Counted from the first letter of the stretch, positions 30,406-40,866 are shown. The stretch is DNA of 64,000 bases from an uncultured virus (IMG/VR IMGVR_UViG_3300023184_000091) (IMGVR_UViG_3300023184_000091), one strand, 5' to 3'. Numbers and translations: made by a program. The notes: generated by a model not told the origin, from the letters alone.

Positions 30406-32484
30406 ATGCCAACAAAAATAGAGAAATACTCAGACTTTGACACTAGTAAAGAAGGTGATCTTAAACCAAAAGAAGGTAAGGGTACTCCATTACTAGATTC
30501 ATTGGGAAGAGACCTAACTAAATTAGCAGCAGAGGGTAAAATAGACCCAGTGATAGGTAGGGATAAAGAAATATTTCAAGTATTACTTGTTCTTTCTAGA
30601 AAAACAAAAAATAATCCTGTTATTATTGGTGATCCCGGTGTTGGTAAAACAGCAATCGTAGAAGGTATAGCCCAAATGATATATGATGGTGAATGCCCTG
30701 ATTCACTAAAAGGTAAAAGAATAGTTTCACTTGATATGGGTTCTTTAATGGCTGGTGCATCTGCACAGGGTGAATTTGAAAAGAGATTAAAGATACTACA
30801 AAAAGAGTTACTTAATAACCCTGACGTTATTCCATTTATTGATGAAATCCATTTAATGGTGAATCCTAGTATATCGATAGATGCAGCAAATATGTTTAAG
30901 CCTGCTTTAGCTAGAGGTGAAATGAGATGTATAGGAGCAACAACATTAAATGAATTTAGAAATTCTATCGAAAAAGACGGAGCACTAGACAGAAGATTTC
31001 AGAAAGTTATTATAAACGAACCTAGTATTACCGATACGATAGAGATTTTAAATAAGATAAAAAATAAATATGAAGATTATCATTCAGTAAAATATACAGA
31101 TAAAGCTATTGATGCTTGTGTTAAATTAAGCGGAAGATATATTACCGATAGATTTTTTCCAGATAAGGCAATAGATTTATTGGACGAGGTTGGCGCAAAG
31201 GTTAGACTACTAAATCCAAAACAAACACCAAAAGAAATACTTGACGTAGAAAAACAAATTATTGATATAATAAATAAAAAAGAGGATGCTTTAAAAGCTC
31301 AAAAATGGGAAGATGCAGCAGAATATAGAAATGAAGAAGCTGCAAAATTAGGTGATTTAGAGGTGATTAATAATAAATATAAAGGCATAAATGATATTAT
31401 TATAGATGAGGATGAGGTTGCTAAGGTATTAGCAGATAAAACAGGCATTCCTGTTAATAAGATAGGAGAGGATGAAGGTGAAAAGTTATTGAGGATGGAA
31501 AAGGATCTCTCAATTGAAATTATAGGTCAAGATGATGCTGTTTCAAAAATATCTAAATCATTGAGAAGAAGCAGGGTGGGATTAAAAGATCCAAAAAGAC
31601 CTGCAGGGGTATTCTTATTTCTTGGTTCTACCGGAACAGGTAAAACGCAAACTGTTAAAACCCTTGCTAAATATTTATTCGGTAGCGAAGATAGCATGAT
31701 TAGGGTGGATATGAGTGAATACAAAGAAAAACACAATGCTTCTAGAATGATAGGCTCTCCTCCGGGTTACGTTGGATATGGAGAAGGTGGACAACTAACA
31801 GAAAAAGTTAGACGCAAACCATACTCAGTTGTTCTTTTTGATGAGATCGAAAAGGCTCATCCTGATGTATTAACTTTAATGCTACAGATATTTGATGATG
31901 GATTTTTAACAGATGGTCAAGGTAGAAAGATTGATTTCAGAAATACCATAATAATAATGACATCCAATATAGGTAGTGCAGCAGTTCAAAATATGATTGC
32001 TCCTGTAGGATTTGCCCAAACAACTGCAGCTAAGCAGGAAAATTCAAAGGACATCATAAAAAAAGAATTAGAGAAAACATTTCCCCCCGAATTCATCAAC
32101 AGAATTGATGATATCATTATATTCTCTAAACTAGGTAAGCCTGAGATCTATAAGATAATTGATGTGGAAATAAGAAAACTTGCTGAAAGATTAAAGGGTA
32201 TGGGATATAATCTAACTATAACAGATGCAGTTAAAGACTTTTTAATAGAGGTTGGATATGATCCTAATATGGGTGCAAGACCATTGAAAAGAGCAATACA
32301 AACATACATAGAAGATCCTATATCAGATGAAATTCTAAGAAAAAATATAGTTGATGATATAGATTTAGATTATGATTTTGACAAGAAGAAATTTATAATT
32401 AATGGTAATCTAATAACAGAAAAATTAAACAAAATTAAGTTATTTGAACATTTTAAAATGGAACTTAAAAGATTATCCCTGTAA
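30406..32484 (+). CDS. clpC: ClpC/ClpA-family AAA+ chaperone lacking the N-domain
   Basis: DPVIGR, GDPGVGKT, FIDEIH, UVR-like middle coil, GSTGTGKT, GSPPGYVGY, GARPL; ATG at 30406 follows a late promoter. Confidence 0.9.
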   Translation: MPTKIEKYSDFDTSKEGDLKPKEGKGTPLLDSLGRDLTKLAAEGKIDPVIGRDKEIFQVLLVLSRKTKNNPVIIGDPGVGKTAIVEGIAQMIYDGECPDSLKGKRIVSLDMGSLMAGASAQGEFEKRLKILQKELLNNPDVIPFIDEIHLMVNPSISIDAANMFKPALARGEMRCIGATTLNEFRNSIEKDGALDRRFQKVIINEPSITDTIEILNKIKNKYEDYHSVKYTDKAIDACVKLSGRYITDRFFPDKAIDLLDEVGAKVRLLNPKQTPKEILDVEKQIIDIINKKEDALKAQKWEDAAEYRNEEAAKLGDLEVINNKYKGINDIIIDEDEVAKVLADKTGIPVNKIGEDEGEKLLRMEKDLSIEIIGQDDAVSKISKSLRRSRVGLKDPKRPAGVFLFLGSTGTGKTQTVKTLAKYLFGSEDSMIRVDMSEYKEKHNASRMIGSPPGYVGYGEGGQLTEKVRRKPYSVVLFDEIEKAHPDVLTLMLQIFDDGFLTDGQGRKIDFRNTIIIMTSNIGSAAVQNMIAPVGFAQTTAAKQENSKDIIKKELEKTFPPEFINRIDDIIIFSKLGKPEIYKIIDVEIRKLAERLKGMGYNLTITDAVKDFLIEVGYDPNMGARPLKRAIQTYIEDPISDEILRKNIVDDIDLDYDFDKKKFIINGNLITEKLNKIKLFEHFKMELKRLSL

Positions 32485-32498
32485 AGAATTAAACAATT

Positions 32499-33341
32499 AT
32501 GATAGACGTAAAATATGGATTTGAGATAGAGGATGTAAGGAGGTTCATAGAAAAACTTACCCCTTGTAAGAAGGTGACGTTCATCACTACTTCTAGTAGG
32601 AGTCCGTACGTAGAGAAGTTTGGAGAAAGCCCAAAATCATCTCAGCTAGCTAAAAACTTAGCAGAAAAACTAAATCAACGTGATGTTAAGGTTGAGATCA
32701 TAGATGCTGCTAAATTAAATATACACAACTGTTTAGGATGTGTTAGTGAGCTTCATGGTAATAACTGTGGCGCTAAAGAATCTGCTGTTAAAGACGATGT
32801 TAAGAACCCACACGGACATCTTAGATGCTGGGCATCACATGATTTTGAAGATGATGAGCTTTACAAGATAGCAAATGCAATCTATGATAGTCAAGCAGTT
32901 GTATTCTTTGGTTCTCAGAGATGGGGAAGTGTTAATGCAATCTACCAAAAAGTAATAGAAAGACTTGATTGGATGGAGAACATGCACAGCACACTCGGAG
33001 AGAAAAGCACGATCGATAATATAATGGCAGGTTTGGTTGTTATCGGACAGAACTGGCAGGTTGATCAAAGTCTAACCACACAGAAGAAAGTCCTAGAATT
33101 CTTTGGCTTTCAAGTGCCAGAAGAACTTTTTATGGGTTGGCAATATACAAGAGATGCTAATGAGGAATCACCTGAATCTTATCGAGATGCAGTTGACACT
33201 TTTGAGGTTGCTTGGAACACCCCATTATTTCATTGGGAGAAAGAGAAAGGAACTGAATTAAGCACTGACGGGAAACCAAATGAATCTGATACAACTTTCA
33301 GAACGTTCAACGAATTCATAAACGAAGTAAAGGATATTTAA
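32499..33341 (+). CDS. flavodoxin-fold NAD(P)H-dependent oxidoreductase (iron-sulfur flavoprotein-like)
   Basis: TTSSR, IHNCLGC...C...C, DDELYKI, VVFFGSQRWG, QKVIERL. Confidence 0.7.
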   Translation: MIDVKYGFEIEDVRRFIEKLTPCKKVTFITTSSRSPYVEKFGESPKSSQLAKNLAEKLNQRDVKVEIIDAAKLNIHNCLGCVSELHGNNCGAKESAVKDDVKNPHGHLRCWASHDFEDDELYKIANAIYDSQAVVFFGSQRWGSVNAIYQKVIERLDWMENMHSTLGEKSTIDNIMAGLVVIGQNWQVDQSLTTQKKVLEFFGFQVPEELFMGWQYTRDANEESPESYRDAVDTFEVAWNTPLFHWEKEKGTELSTDGKPNESDTTFRTFNEFINEVKDI

Positions 33342-33346
33342 TACAA

Positions 33347-34420
33347 ATGAGAATTTTACCATATAAACTTTTTGAATCATATAGTAAAAGGAATCTTTTA
33401 TTCGAAGAATTTATTCCTTCGGGTAATGCGGAATGGCCTAGCAACTGGAAAGAAATGCCAGAGTGGAAAACGTTACAGGATCTAGGATTTATTGAGACAA
33501 CCACTGACAGACAGACCAGACTCAATACAATTATGCTGAGCAATACAAGAATTAATTATCTTTATCCTGCTGGTATAGTTCTGCAAGCATCAGGATACAT
33601 TAGGGATAAAGGCGTTAGCTCTGGATACATTAGTAATAAGTATAACAATCTTTCAGATATGCTAAATTATTTGATTGACCGATACTCTAAAGAATTAGAA
33701 AGAAATACCTCAAGTGAAAGAACTGGACCACTAACTCCAGAACAAATAAATGCTATAAACTCATTCACGCAAGCCCCTTGGAGATGGAACACAAAAACAG
33801 AATCTGTTGATGTTGACGGTAAGGTTAGAGTAATGAATTCAGCTGGTTTAGATAAAGATGTAATTGGAACTTTTAAATTTGGAAAAGTAAAGGGTGAATT
33901 TGAAATACAAGGAAGTCATTTTGAGCTTGACACATTAGAAAATTTTGCTCCTGATTATGTCGGAAAGAATGTAATGATGTTTAGCACGGAGCTAAAGGAC
34001 ATGAAAGGATTTCCTCCAACGGTAAAGGGCAGAATATGGATAAGCGGAGATATAGGTTCTTTAGAAGGTATACCTATGGAAGCAGAAGAATTATCGACTG
34101 ACTATTTTATTGCCCAACCTTGGAACATTAAGAATGCTTTAATCATTCTTGATCAAGGTGGAGTACAGATAGAAGATAAAAGATCAGATGGAGAAGTGAT
34201 TAAAAGGCATTGGGGAGATAATCCGGAGGGAAGTAAAAAAGCTAGCCAGCTGGCTTCAACTGTTTTAACAGATAATATCCTTGATGAATATTTCAAGAAG
34301 AATCCTCTTAAACTGCATATTCTTGATGACTATCCAGAAATTAAATCTGGTGTTCTAAAAAGAACAGGTATGAAAGATCTTTCTGGAGTAGGCAAAGGAT
34401 TACATGGCGGCTGGTTCTAA
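33347..34420 (+). CDS. putative virion protein with LRR-like repeats
   Basis: MRILPYKLFES; repeats TLENFAPDYVG, DMKGFPPTVKG, SLEGIP. Confidence 0.6.
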   Translation: MRILPYKLFESYSKRNLLFEEFIPSGNAEWPSNWKEMPEWKTLQDLGFIETTTDRQTRLNTIMLSNTRINYLYPAGIVLQASGYIRDKGVSSGYISNKYNNLSDMLNYLIDRYSKELERNTSSERTGPLTPEQINAINSFTQAPWRWNTKTESVDVDGKVRVMNSAGLDKDVIGTFKFGKVKGEFEIQGSHFELDTLENFAPDYVGKNVMMFSTELKDMKGFPPTVKGRIWISGDIGSLEGIPMEAEELSTDYFIAQPWNIKNALIILDQGGVQIEDKRSDGEVIKRHWGDNPEGSKKASQLASTVLTDNILDEYFKKNPLKLHILDDYPEIKSGVLKRTGMKDLSGVGKGLHGGWF

Positions 34421-34443
34421 GTTATATAAAAAAATACAATACA

Positions 34444-34845
34444 ATGGAACATATATTAGAGTACGAACAATTCTCAGGTGAATCATTAAATGAAGCAGAA
34501 ATCATTTATGATGGCGTTAAAATAACACCATCGAATGATAAAACAGGTAGAATTATTTTATCCTATGGATCAACAAAGATATTTTATAAGATCAAAGCAA
34601 AAGTACAAAAAATTGGTATAACATGGTATGATGGACCAATCTCTGTTGTTGCTGCATGGAAAAACGATAAAGGCGAATGCTGGGTTAATGATAATACAGA
34701 TAAGCTATTTAAACTTGATCAGAACACTTTAAAAACACTTGCAGCAAAGGCAAAAGCAAAAGCTTCAACAATAGCATTAGCCGGAACTGGTGAGGTTAAA
34801 GGAGTTGAGGGATCATACAACGCAACACTAACTAAAGTTGCTTAA
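34444..34845 (+). CDS. putative virion internal protein
   Basis: MEHILEYEQF...LNE. Confidence 0.7.
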   Translation: MEHILEYEQFSGESLNEAEIIYDGVKITPSNDKTGRIILSYGSTKIFYKIKAKVQKIGITWYDGPISVVAAWKNDKGECWVNDNTDKLFKLDQNTLKTLAAKAKAKASTIALAGTGEVKGVEGSYNATLTKVA

Positions 34846-34869
34846 GCATAAAACAAAAGAACAATAACA

Positions 34870-35502
34870 ATGAAACACATTAAATTATTTGAAAACTACC
34901 TATTTGAAGCTGCAAATGCAGAAATCTTAGAATCACCTAAGGTGGTAAATGGTGTTGATACAAAAGAGTATTTGGCTAAAGTTAAAGGTGAGACAACTGA
35001 AGATAGAAATAAAAATAATGATTACCTTGCAGATTGTAAAAAGTTTGCAGATTCGCTTAAAGGCAAATCTTTAAAGGTTCCTAATTATGGATTAGTCCCT
35101 AAGTCAACTTTTAAAATGGAAGGATTCGCGGATTGCTGCTTTGCTATAAAGGCTGAGGGTAACGGATCTGGTGTTTGGAACAACTCAACTAGAGTGGAAG
35201 AATCTAAGTTGGAAAAAGGGTATTTTCCTTTAGCTTTCGTAGCTGGTTATGTTACTAAGGATAAAGGATTTGCTGATATGGATTTCAATGCAGATATAAA
35301 CGGTCAAAAGAAAGCCATCAAAGCAGGAGATAAAGGATATTATGGATACCTAAATATTCACAGGAGAGAGGGTAAAGATCTTGATCTAAAATCGGTTCCT
35401 GAGAAATTTACAATGCAGGAGCTAATAGCTTTAGATCCACAATGGAAAGCTTATTTTCAAGGTCTATGTGCTATAGCAGACAAATACGGGGTTAAACAAT
35501 AA
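34870..35502 (+). CDS. putative virion internal protein
   Basis: MKHIKLFENYLFE. Confidence 0.7.
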   Translation: MKHIKLFENYLFEAANAEILESPKVVNGVDTKEYLAKVKGETTEDRNKNNDYLADCKKFADSLKGKSLKVPNYGLVPKSTFKMEGFADCCFAIKAEGNGSGVWNNSTRVEESKLEKGYFPLAFVAGYVTKDKGFADMDFNADINGQKKAIKAGDKGYYGYLNIHRREGKDLDLKSVPEKFTMQELIALDPQWKAYFQGLCAIADKYGVKQ

Positions 35503-35505
35503 ACA

Positions 35506-35540
35506 TAAAAAAGGTCTGATAATAATATCAGACCTTTTTT
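35506..35540. terminator. bidirectional intrinsic terminator
   Basis: aaaaaaggtctgat-aataat-atcagacctttttt between convergent genes. Confidence 0.8.
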
Positions 35541-35558
35541 GTTCCCTGATGTTATTGC

Positions 35559-35972
35559 TTATTCAAAAGTGATAACGATCTTAGCCCCAGTTTGTTTAGC
35601 CAATTTTGATAAACTAGCAAAATCCATAGAGATGTTTGTTTGCTCAACCACTCGTGGTTCGCTAACAGACTTAGTAGACTTGGCTGGTTTATTAGACTGA
35701 ACCATCGAGTCTGAACCCCATCTACGTGTTTTGGTACCTAAAGTTGTCGGAGCCATTACCTTCTTTCCCTTAGAAGAAGCCAATCGGGCTTTAATTCCCA
35801 ACATACTTTTACGTCCCCAAACAGATGCCTTAGTACGTCCTAATGCAACAGCAATTTGGTCAGTGGTTGATTTGTTGGATGCCATTTCTTTTAGAATTGC
35901 ATCATCTTTCTTTGTCCATAAAGCGTTGTTGGACGGAGCTTTCGGGTTAACCGGATTTTTTGTGTAAGCCAT
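35559..35972 (-). CDS. Myb/GcrA-like HTH DNA-binding protein
   Basis: WTKKDDAILKEM...TTDQIAVALGRTKASVWGR. Confidence 0.7.
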   Translation of the reverse strand: MAYTKNPVNPKAPSNNALWTKKDDAILKEMASNKSTTDQIAVALGRTKASVWGRKSMLGIKARLASSKGKKVMAPTTLGTKTRRWGSDSMVQSNKPAKSTKSVSEPRVVEQTNISMDFASLSKLAKQTGAKIVITFE

Positions 35973-36076
35973 ATTTAATTATTTAAAATTATGTAGCAAA
36001 TATAAGAACCTATTACGGGATAAAAAAATTTTAGGGCATATTTTTTCCGATATATAGTAAAAATAAAGATTTTTAG

Positions 36077-36475
36077 ATGCTACACAGATTTAAAGAATGG
36101 AATTCATTAAACGAAATGATAAGCTCTAGCGAGCTTGATCTTGTTGAAGATTATGCCGATAAATTATTCAGAGAGCTTGGATTAGATGTTGAATTCAGTA
36201 AACATTTTAGGGAGAGAGTTAACGATCCAAGAAACAGTAAGCAGATAACACCAGCAGAACTCATTGGGCTTTTTAAGAGAGCATATTCTAAATCAGGTAA
36301 GAAAATTTCTGAAATGCCTCCTAATGCAGAAGCAGTTCTTCAGGATATGAGAACAGATCTCAATACACCATTTGTTATTGAATTTGATACAAGAAACGGT
36401 GAGCTAGATCTTGTACTTAAGACTATAATGAGAAAGAAGGGGTTTCAAACAACTAATGACAAGATAGTCATATAA
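36077..36475 (+). CDS. conserved-looking phage late protein
   Basis: Late promoter; MLHRFKEWNSLNE; VEFSKHFRERVND..KTIMRK. Confidence 0.7.
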   Translation: MLHRFKEWNSLNEMISSSELDLVEDYADKLFRELGLDVEFSKHFRERVNDPRNSKQITPAELIGLFKRAYSKSGKKISEMPPNAEAVLQDMRTDLNTPFVIEFDTRNGELDLVLKTIMRKKGFQTTNDKIVI

Positions 36476-36498
36476 ATTTTCAAAAATAATACGCATTA

Positions 36499-36891
36499 AT
36501 GATATCACTAATTTTTATTGTCATAGCCGGAATTTTAAATTCGATCATGGATCTCTGCGGTAAATTCGAAGAATCAATCTTTAGTAAAATTGAAGGAATG
36601 AGATCTTTTATGGAGGGAGGAAGCTCTTGGAGAAACAAATATAAAAACGGTGATCCCTTACAAGGTCCTAGATTTTTCTTATCAACGAAGGCTTTAGTTT
36701 TTCTTACCGATATGTGGCACCTATGCAAGACGTCAATGCTTTTAATGATGTGCCTGGCCATAGCTTTATATACACCAATTTTTACCTGGTATATAGATGC
36801 TATAATATATTGGGTACTTTTCGGAACATCATTTTCAATATTTTATGATTATGGATTTAGGCTTAAGAAACATTGGAAAATGCCCTGGTAA
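36499..36891 (+). CDS. membrane protein
   Basis: Hydrophobic; SWRNKYKNGD, VFLTDMWHL. Confidence 0.7.
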   Translation: MISLIFIVIAGILNSIMDLCGKFEESIFSKIEGMRSFMEGGSSWRNKYKNGDPLQGPRFFLSTKALVFLTDMWHLCKTSMLLMMCLAIALYTPIFTWYIDAIIYWVLFGTSFSIFYDYGFRLKKHWKMPW

Positions 36892-36982
36892 TACTCCTAT
36901 TTACAGGAACAAAAATGATGTAATCACATACAATTAGTTAATGTAATTTATTATAAAAATAAAAAAATAAAAAAATAAAAAT

Positions 36983-37516
36983 ATGTCAACAGCACATTTT
37001 AAAATAGCAAATAGTTCAAATGTACCTGTATGCTATGCAGTATACGAACAACCTAAAGCAAACAATAATCCTTCCAAACACGGTGTACTTAAACCTGGTG
37101 AATCAAAAGAATGGAACTCAGGAAGTCTAATGGTAGGTAATTATGATGTATGGGCTCTTGTAGTCGGAGACTCAAAAGATCATACAGAATACACATGTAT
37201 TGATGGGAGTAAACCGCTCTTCCCTGGTGAAGATGTTATGAAGGTTTATTTCGAGGATGGCTTATCCAACTGGTTGGGAACATTGGATAAAGCAGACATG
37301 GAAGCTTTCTCCGATGATGATCTAAAACAAACATTAGGTGAAGATATGACTACATCGGTTTGCCCTACTTTTTATTGGAACGGTATGTCAACTCATACAG
37401 TAAAAATAACAGGTGGGCCTGAACTAGTTCAAGAACCCGAAACCGGTTTATATAGAATAGGTAAACCAGGTGAGGAAATAGAAGCAACTGAATTACTTTG
37501 TTATAGAGCAAGCTAA
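36983..37516 (+). CDS. hypothetical protein
   Basis: 177 aa ORF. Confidence 0.7.
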   Translation: MSTAHFKIANSSNVPVCYAVYEQPKANNNPSKHGVLKPGESKEWNSGSLMVGNYDVWALVVGDSKDHTEYTCIDGSKPLFPGEDVMKVYFEDGLSNWLGTLDKADMEAFSDDDLKQTLGEDMTTSVCPTFYWNGMSTHTVKITGGPELVQEPETGLYRIGKPGEEIEATELLCYRAS

Positions 37517-37527
37517 AAATTAAAAAA

Positions 37528-38829
37528 ATGAAAATGAAAAAATTATTACTATTACTATTCGCTGCTGTATCATTAGCATCGTGTAAATTTAACGGATCAA
37601 CAGCTAGCAGCGATTATATTATGGTGTGGGAAATAGACCCATCGCAGCAAGTATCGATTCAAGTAACAGCGGGAGGACCTAATATATCACCAGGTGCTAA
37701 CGGACAAGTAAATCCTGGATATCCTTATGAATACTGCACAACAGGTACCGACAATTGGATGGTGGTAAATGTTTACGGTAAACCTAACGCTCAGGATTAC
37801 ATCTCAACAACAACAATAGCTGTTGATGATAATTTTCCGCAATCTCAGGATTCTAATGGTGATCCTGACGGGGTACTTATCTTCACTTATGTAAAAGACA
37901 CCGTTATTGATAATGGAACTCGTCACATTTATACGATCAAGGCTAGTCAGGCAGTTTCTACCCCTCCTATCATTTCTAATGGATGGAAAAGTGGAATGGG
38001 TAATACAAATACAACATTGATTACTCCTGGATCTTATTGGGTTCAAGATTATGGATTTAATGATATAGGTAGATGGACAGTTAATGGTGATGCTATTTAC
38101 CAATCAACATCTGCTTCAACTGTTGCCACATCACCAACGTTCGGAAGTAGAGCATATCCAATAGATATAATAAATTCAGATTATGATTTTGACTCGAATG
38201 CACCAGGAACAGGATTTGAAGGTGTTTGGCAAATAGATATTAAAATTGGTTCTGATGGAGCTAGTAGCAATTTATATTGTGAAACCTTTTATTTGGCAGA
38301 AAGAGCTAATTTAGCTTGGGGATCTTTGAATTATAGCGATGGTAGTGATGCTGGTGGAGATGCAGGTCACTCTAGAGAAATTGATATAATGGAAACTAAA
38401 TGGAATGGTGGTTCATCAACAGAATTTGGTCCGCAGGTAAATTTACCTAATGGGGATAATACAGGATGGAACCCAACATCAAATTATATAAACACCAGGA
38501 TGGCTAATTGGTCCGATGTAGGTGGAGCACCAACTACAGATTTCATTACATTTGGCTGTTATATCAACGATGGTAATTTATGGTTCTATGCTTATAAATC
38601 AGACGGAACACAATGGTATTGCTCTGATGTAATCCCCATGACAAATAAAGACTATGATCAAAAATCACCATTCGTTCCTTATATCGGAACCTGGACTGAT
38701 AGTAAAACTACAACACCTGGAGGGTTTGAAACAGGGTATAAGAACTTTGTTTATAAAACAGCAACACAAATTGGATCAGTTAACCCTAAATCAAATCCAG
38801 GATCATTTGGTCCTGCATTACTAAAATAA
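37528..38829 (+). CDS. lipoprotein with a GH16-like glycoside hydrolase motif
   Basis: SLASC lipobox; REIDIMET matches the GH16 ExDxxE motif. Confidence 0.6.
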   Translation: MKMKKLLLLLFAAVSLASCKFNGSTASSDYIMVWEIDPSQQVSIQVTAGGPNISPGANGQVNPGYPYEYCTTGTDNWMVVNVYGKPNAQDYISTTTIAVDDNFPQSQDSNGDPDGVLIFTYVKDTVIDNGTRHIYTIKASQAVSTPPIISNGWKSGMGNTNTTLITPGSYWVQDYGFNDIGRWTVNGDAIYQSTSASTVATSPTFGSRAYPIDIINSDYDFDSNAPGTGFEGVWQIDIKIGSDGASSNLYCETFYLAERANLAWGSLNYSDGSDAGGDAGHSREIDIMETKWNGGSSTEFGPQVNLPNGDNTGWNPTSNYINTRMANWSDVGGAPTTDFITFGCYINDGNLWFYAYKSDGTQWYCSDVIPMTNKDYDQKSPFVPYIGTWTDSKTTTPGGFETGYKNFVYKTATQIGSVNPKSNPGSFGPALLK

Positions 38830-38977
38830 TACGAGAGATGAAGACTACTTTATTATGTATATTAATTGCTCCAGCGGTAGTCTGGGGCTGGACAGCAACG
38901 ATATTCTTTATCGTAGACTATATCAGGTCACGTAAGAATTAAGAAAAAGGCGAGAATTAATTCTCGCCTTTTTTATT

Positions 38978-39346
38978 TTACTTTATCCCTTCAATGATCT
39001 TGTTAATCTCTCCTAAATGATATTTGTTGCTCTTAACGCTTTTCATTTTCTTATCTAAGAAAAGATTATGGGTAATAACACACTTAGAATTGTTACCATA
39101 GTAAGTAATAGAGTTGTCTATATTAATTGGATACAGCTTGTAGTCATTCCTATCCCTCTTTTCTAGATAGTAAAATTCACCATCCTTTACCATCACTTTG
39201 AAGTAACTAAACTCGTTGTAGTCGTACTCACGGTAAAAACCTTCTTTAATCCATTCGGTAGTTGCTTTCGGCTTAATGAAGGTGTGTGCTGATGTTTTCG
39301 TTAGGTAGCTAACGATGTCTTGTTTGATTTGTTCTTTTGTTTTCAT
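38978..39346 (-). CDS. hypothetical protein
   Basis: 122 aa ORF. Confidence 0.65.
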   Translation of the reverse strand: MKTKEQIKQDIVSYLTKTSAHTFIKPKATTEWIKEGFYREYDYNEFSYFKVMVKDGEFYYLEKRDRNDYKLYPINIDNSITYYGNNSKCVITHNLFLDKKMKSVKSNKYHLGEINKIIEGIK

Positions 39347-39369
39347 GATTTTTATTTTTTTATTGTTAA

Positions 39370-39999
39370 TTATTTTTTAATCCATTGGTAGTAACCTTCC
39401 ATTACCCCATTTTCGTGTTTTTCAAAAAGACCTGATTTGTAAACTGATTGAACGTTATGAGGATTAGATCCTTGGTCCTTTCCGTTCCCATCGTAAACCT
39501 TCCAGGTGTAGTAGTGGTGCATATTCGGTTTCAGTGTCTGATCGTCAACCAGTTTATTCTGAAACCACGTCCATCCTTTATCTGAGTTAATCAAAGCTCT
39601 CTCCACTCCTTCTGTCTCGAATCTAGTGTGCATTTCTACCGCACTGTCGTAGGCTTCTTTTGCTTGCTTTAGGATTACGTTTTCCCTTTCCTTCCTTTGT
39701 TCTTCAATGGAATATCCAAGACTGAATTTGAACTTAGATTCAATCTCTTCCCACGAAGGAATACGATATGTGCAGATTAAATTATCAACGAAATCGTCTA
39801 TTTCATCACAGTGGATATCGACCTTGTTGCCTTGGGTGCTGTAGTTCCAGTTACCTTCTTCATCAATGTAACTGTAAGGTCCATCCCAATATCCGGGTTT
39901 TAGTTCTGCGAATTTGGGTACTCCGCCATACATTCTTACGTGCGCTTCTCCACCCGGATCAGCTTCTTGTAACATTTTAATAAATTCACTTGTTTTCAT
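39370..39999 (-). CDS. hypothetical phage protein
   Basis: LQEADPGGE...KPGYWDGPY. Confidence 0.75.
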   Translation of the reverse strand: MKTSEFIKMLQEADPGGEAHVRMYGGVPKFAELKPGYWDGPYSYIDEEGNWNYSTQGNKVDIHCDEIDDFVDNLICTYRIPSWEEIESKFKFSLGYSIEEQRKERENVILKQAKEAYDSAVEMHTRFETEGVERALINSDKGWTWFQNKLVDDQTLKPNMHHYYTWKVYDGNGKDQGSNPHNVQSVYKSGLFEKHENGVMEGYYQWIKK

Positions 40000-40013
40000 A
40001 ATTGTTTTTTTAT

Positions 40014-40355
40014 TTAATTTTTAGGATTACATAGGGGCAAATGAGAAAGGCCTTTACGAATCTCCGGCGATCCATAAAGGCACAATGATGTATACTCGTC
40101 TACGTCAGGCTCAAAAAACAATGATGCCTCTGTTAGATGAGAATATTTCTCATGAAGTTTTAATAAATGTTCTTGTGATTTTGCGGAAAGACAAATAATG
40201 GAGTTTGACTCCTCTTTCCATTTGCCGAATGTTTCTGGATGCTCGTAAGCAAAGTCGGCGATTGAATGTGTGGACTGGACCACTTGGTAACCTGGGTTGA
40301 TGTCTTGTCTGGTTACTATGACAAGTTTCGGTTGTTGAAATTTAATCTAGTTCAT
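40014..40355 (-). CDS. pth2: Pth2-family peptidyl-tRNA hydrolase with an in-frame TAG at codon 3
   Basis: ATG AAC TAG ATT AAA TTT CAA CAA CCG then KLVIVTRQDINPGYQVVQSTHS (Pth2 N-terminal signature), IICL, EPD...TSLCL...LSHLPL; TAG at 40347-40349 is in frame with the tracked 40014-40283 ORF. Confidence 0.75.
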
Positions 40356-40399
40356 GTTCATTATATATTTGTTTTTAAAAAAGTTTCGATTCTTAAAAA

Positions 40400-40630
40400 T
40401 AACACCCTAATTTATCCAACTTACAGGTGTCGTGGCTGTCCTCCAGAGCTTGACCCGAAAAGAGTACAAGTTAGAGTTAGGAATAAACTACTGAGCGAAT
40501 CACAACTAGTAAGCTCTTTTGGTGCAGATAGTTAATCTGAATAGAACTTTGTCCTATTAGCAATCCCATATGGCCATCACACCATTTCCCATCGTTCAGA
40601 GCTGAACTATCCGTTGTCTGTTACGGAACG
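40400..40630 (-). ncRNA. candidate structured RNA
   Basis: No convincing ORF; serial hairpins CCGT/ACGG, GTTCAG/CTGAAC, AATAGGAC/GTTCTATT, CAGAT/ATCTG, AAAAGAG/CTCTTTT, ACACC/GGTGT. Confidence 0.4.
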
Positions 40631-40632
40631 TG

Positions 40633-40702
40633 TAGTCAGGACAGGAATCGAACCTGCTCTCGCCCTTATGATCGGGTGCGTATACCAACACGCCACCTGA
40701 CT
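40633..40702 (-). tRNA. atypical tRNA-like gene (CAT within a shortened anticodon arm)
   Basis: AGTCAGG/CCTGACT acceptor, GCGT/ACGC D-stem, GGTTCGATTCC T-arm; anticodon arm only CCC-GATCATAA-GGG. Confidence 0.6.
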
Positions 40703-40705
40703 ATT

Positions 40706-40852
40706 TTATTTCCACCAATATTCTCCGTAAGTCTTCTTCATGTAATCATCTACCTCTTGTTTACCGTCAACCTTTTTAATGGTATTATCGTATATCCAAC
40801 CAAGAGCATAACCTACACAAAATCCAATAATTACTAGTATTAATGTTTCCAT
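40706..40852 (-). CDS. small single-TM protein
   Basis: METLILVIIGFCVGYALGWIY; the longer tracked start overlaps a tRNA. Confidence 0.55.
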   Translation of the reverse strand: METLILVIIGFCVGYALGWIYDNTIKKVDGKQEVDDYMKKTYGEYWWK

Positions 40853-40866
40853 AATTTTAATTTTAG

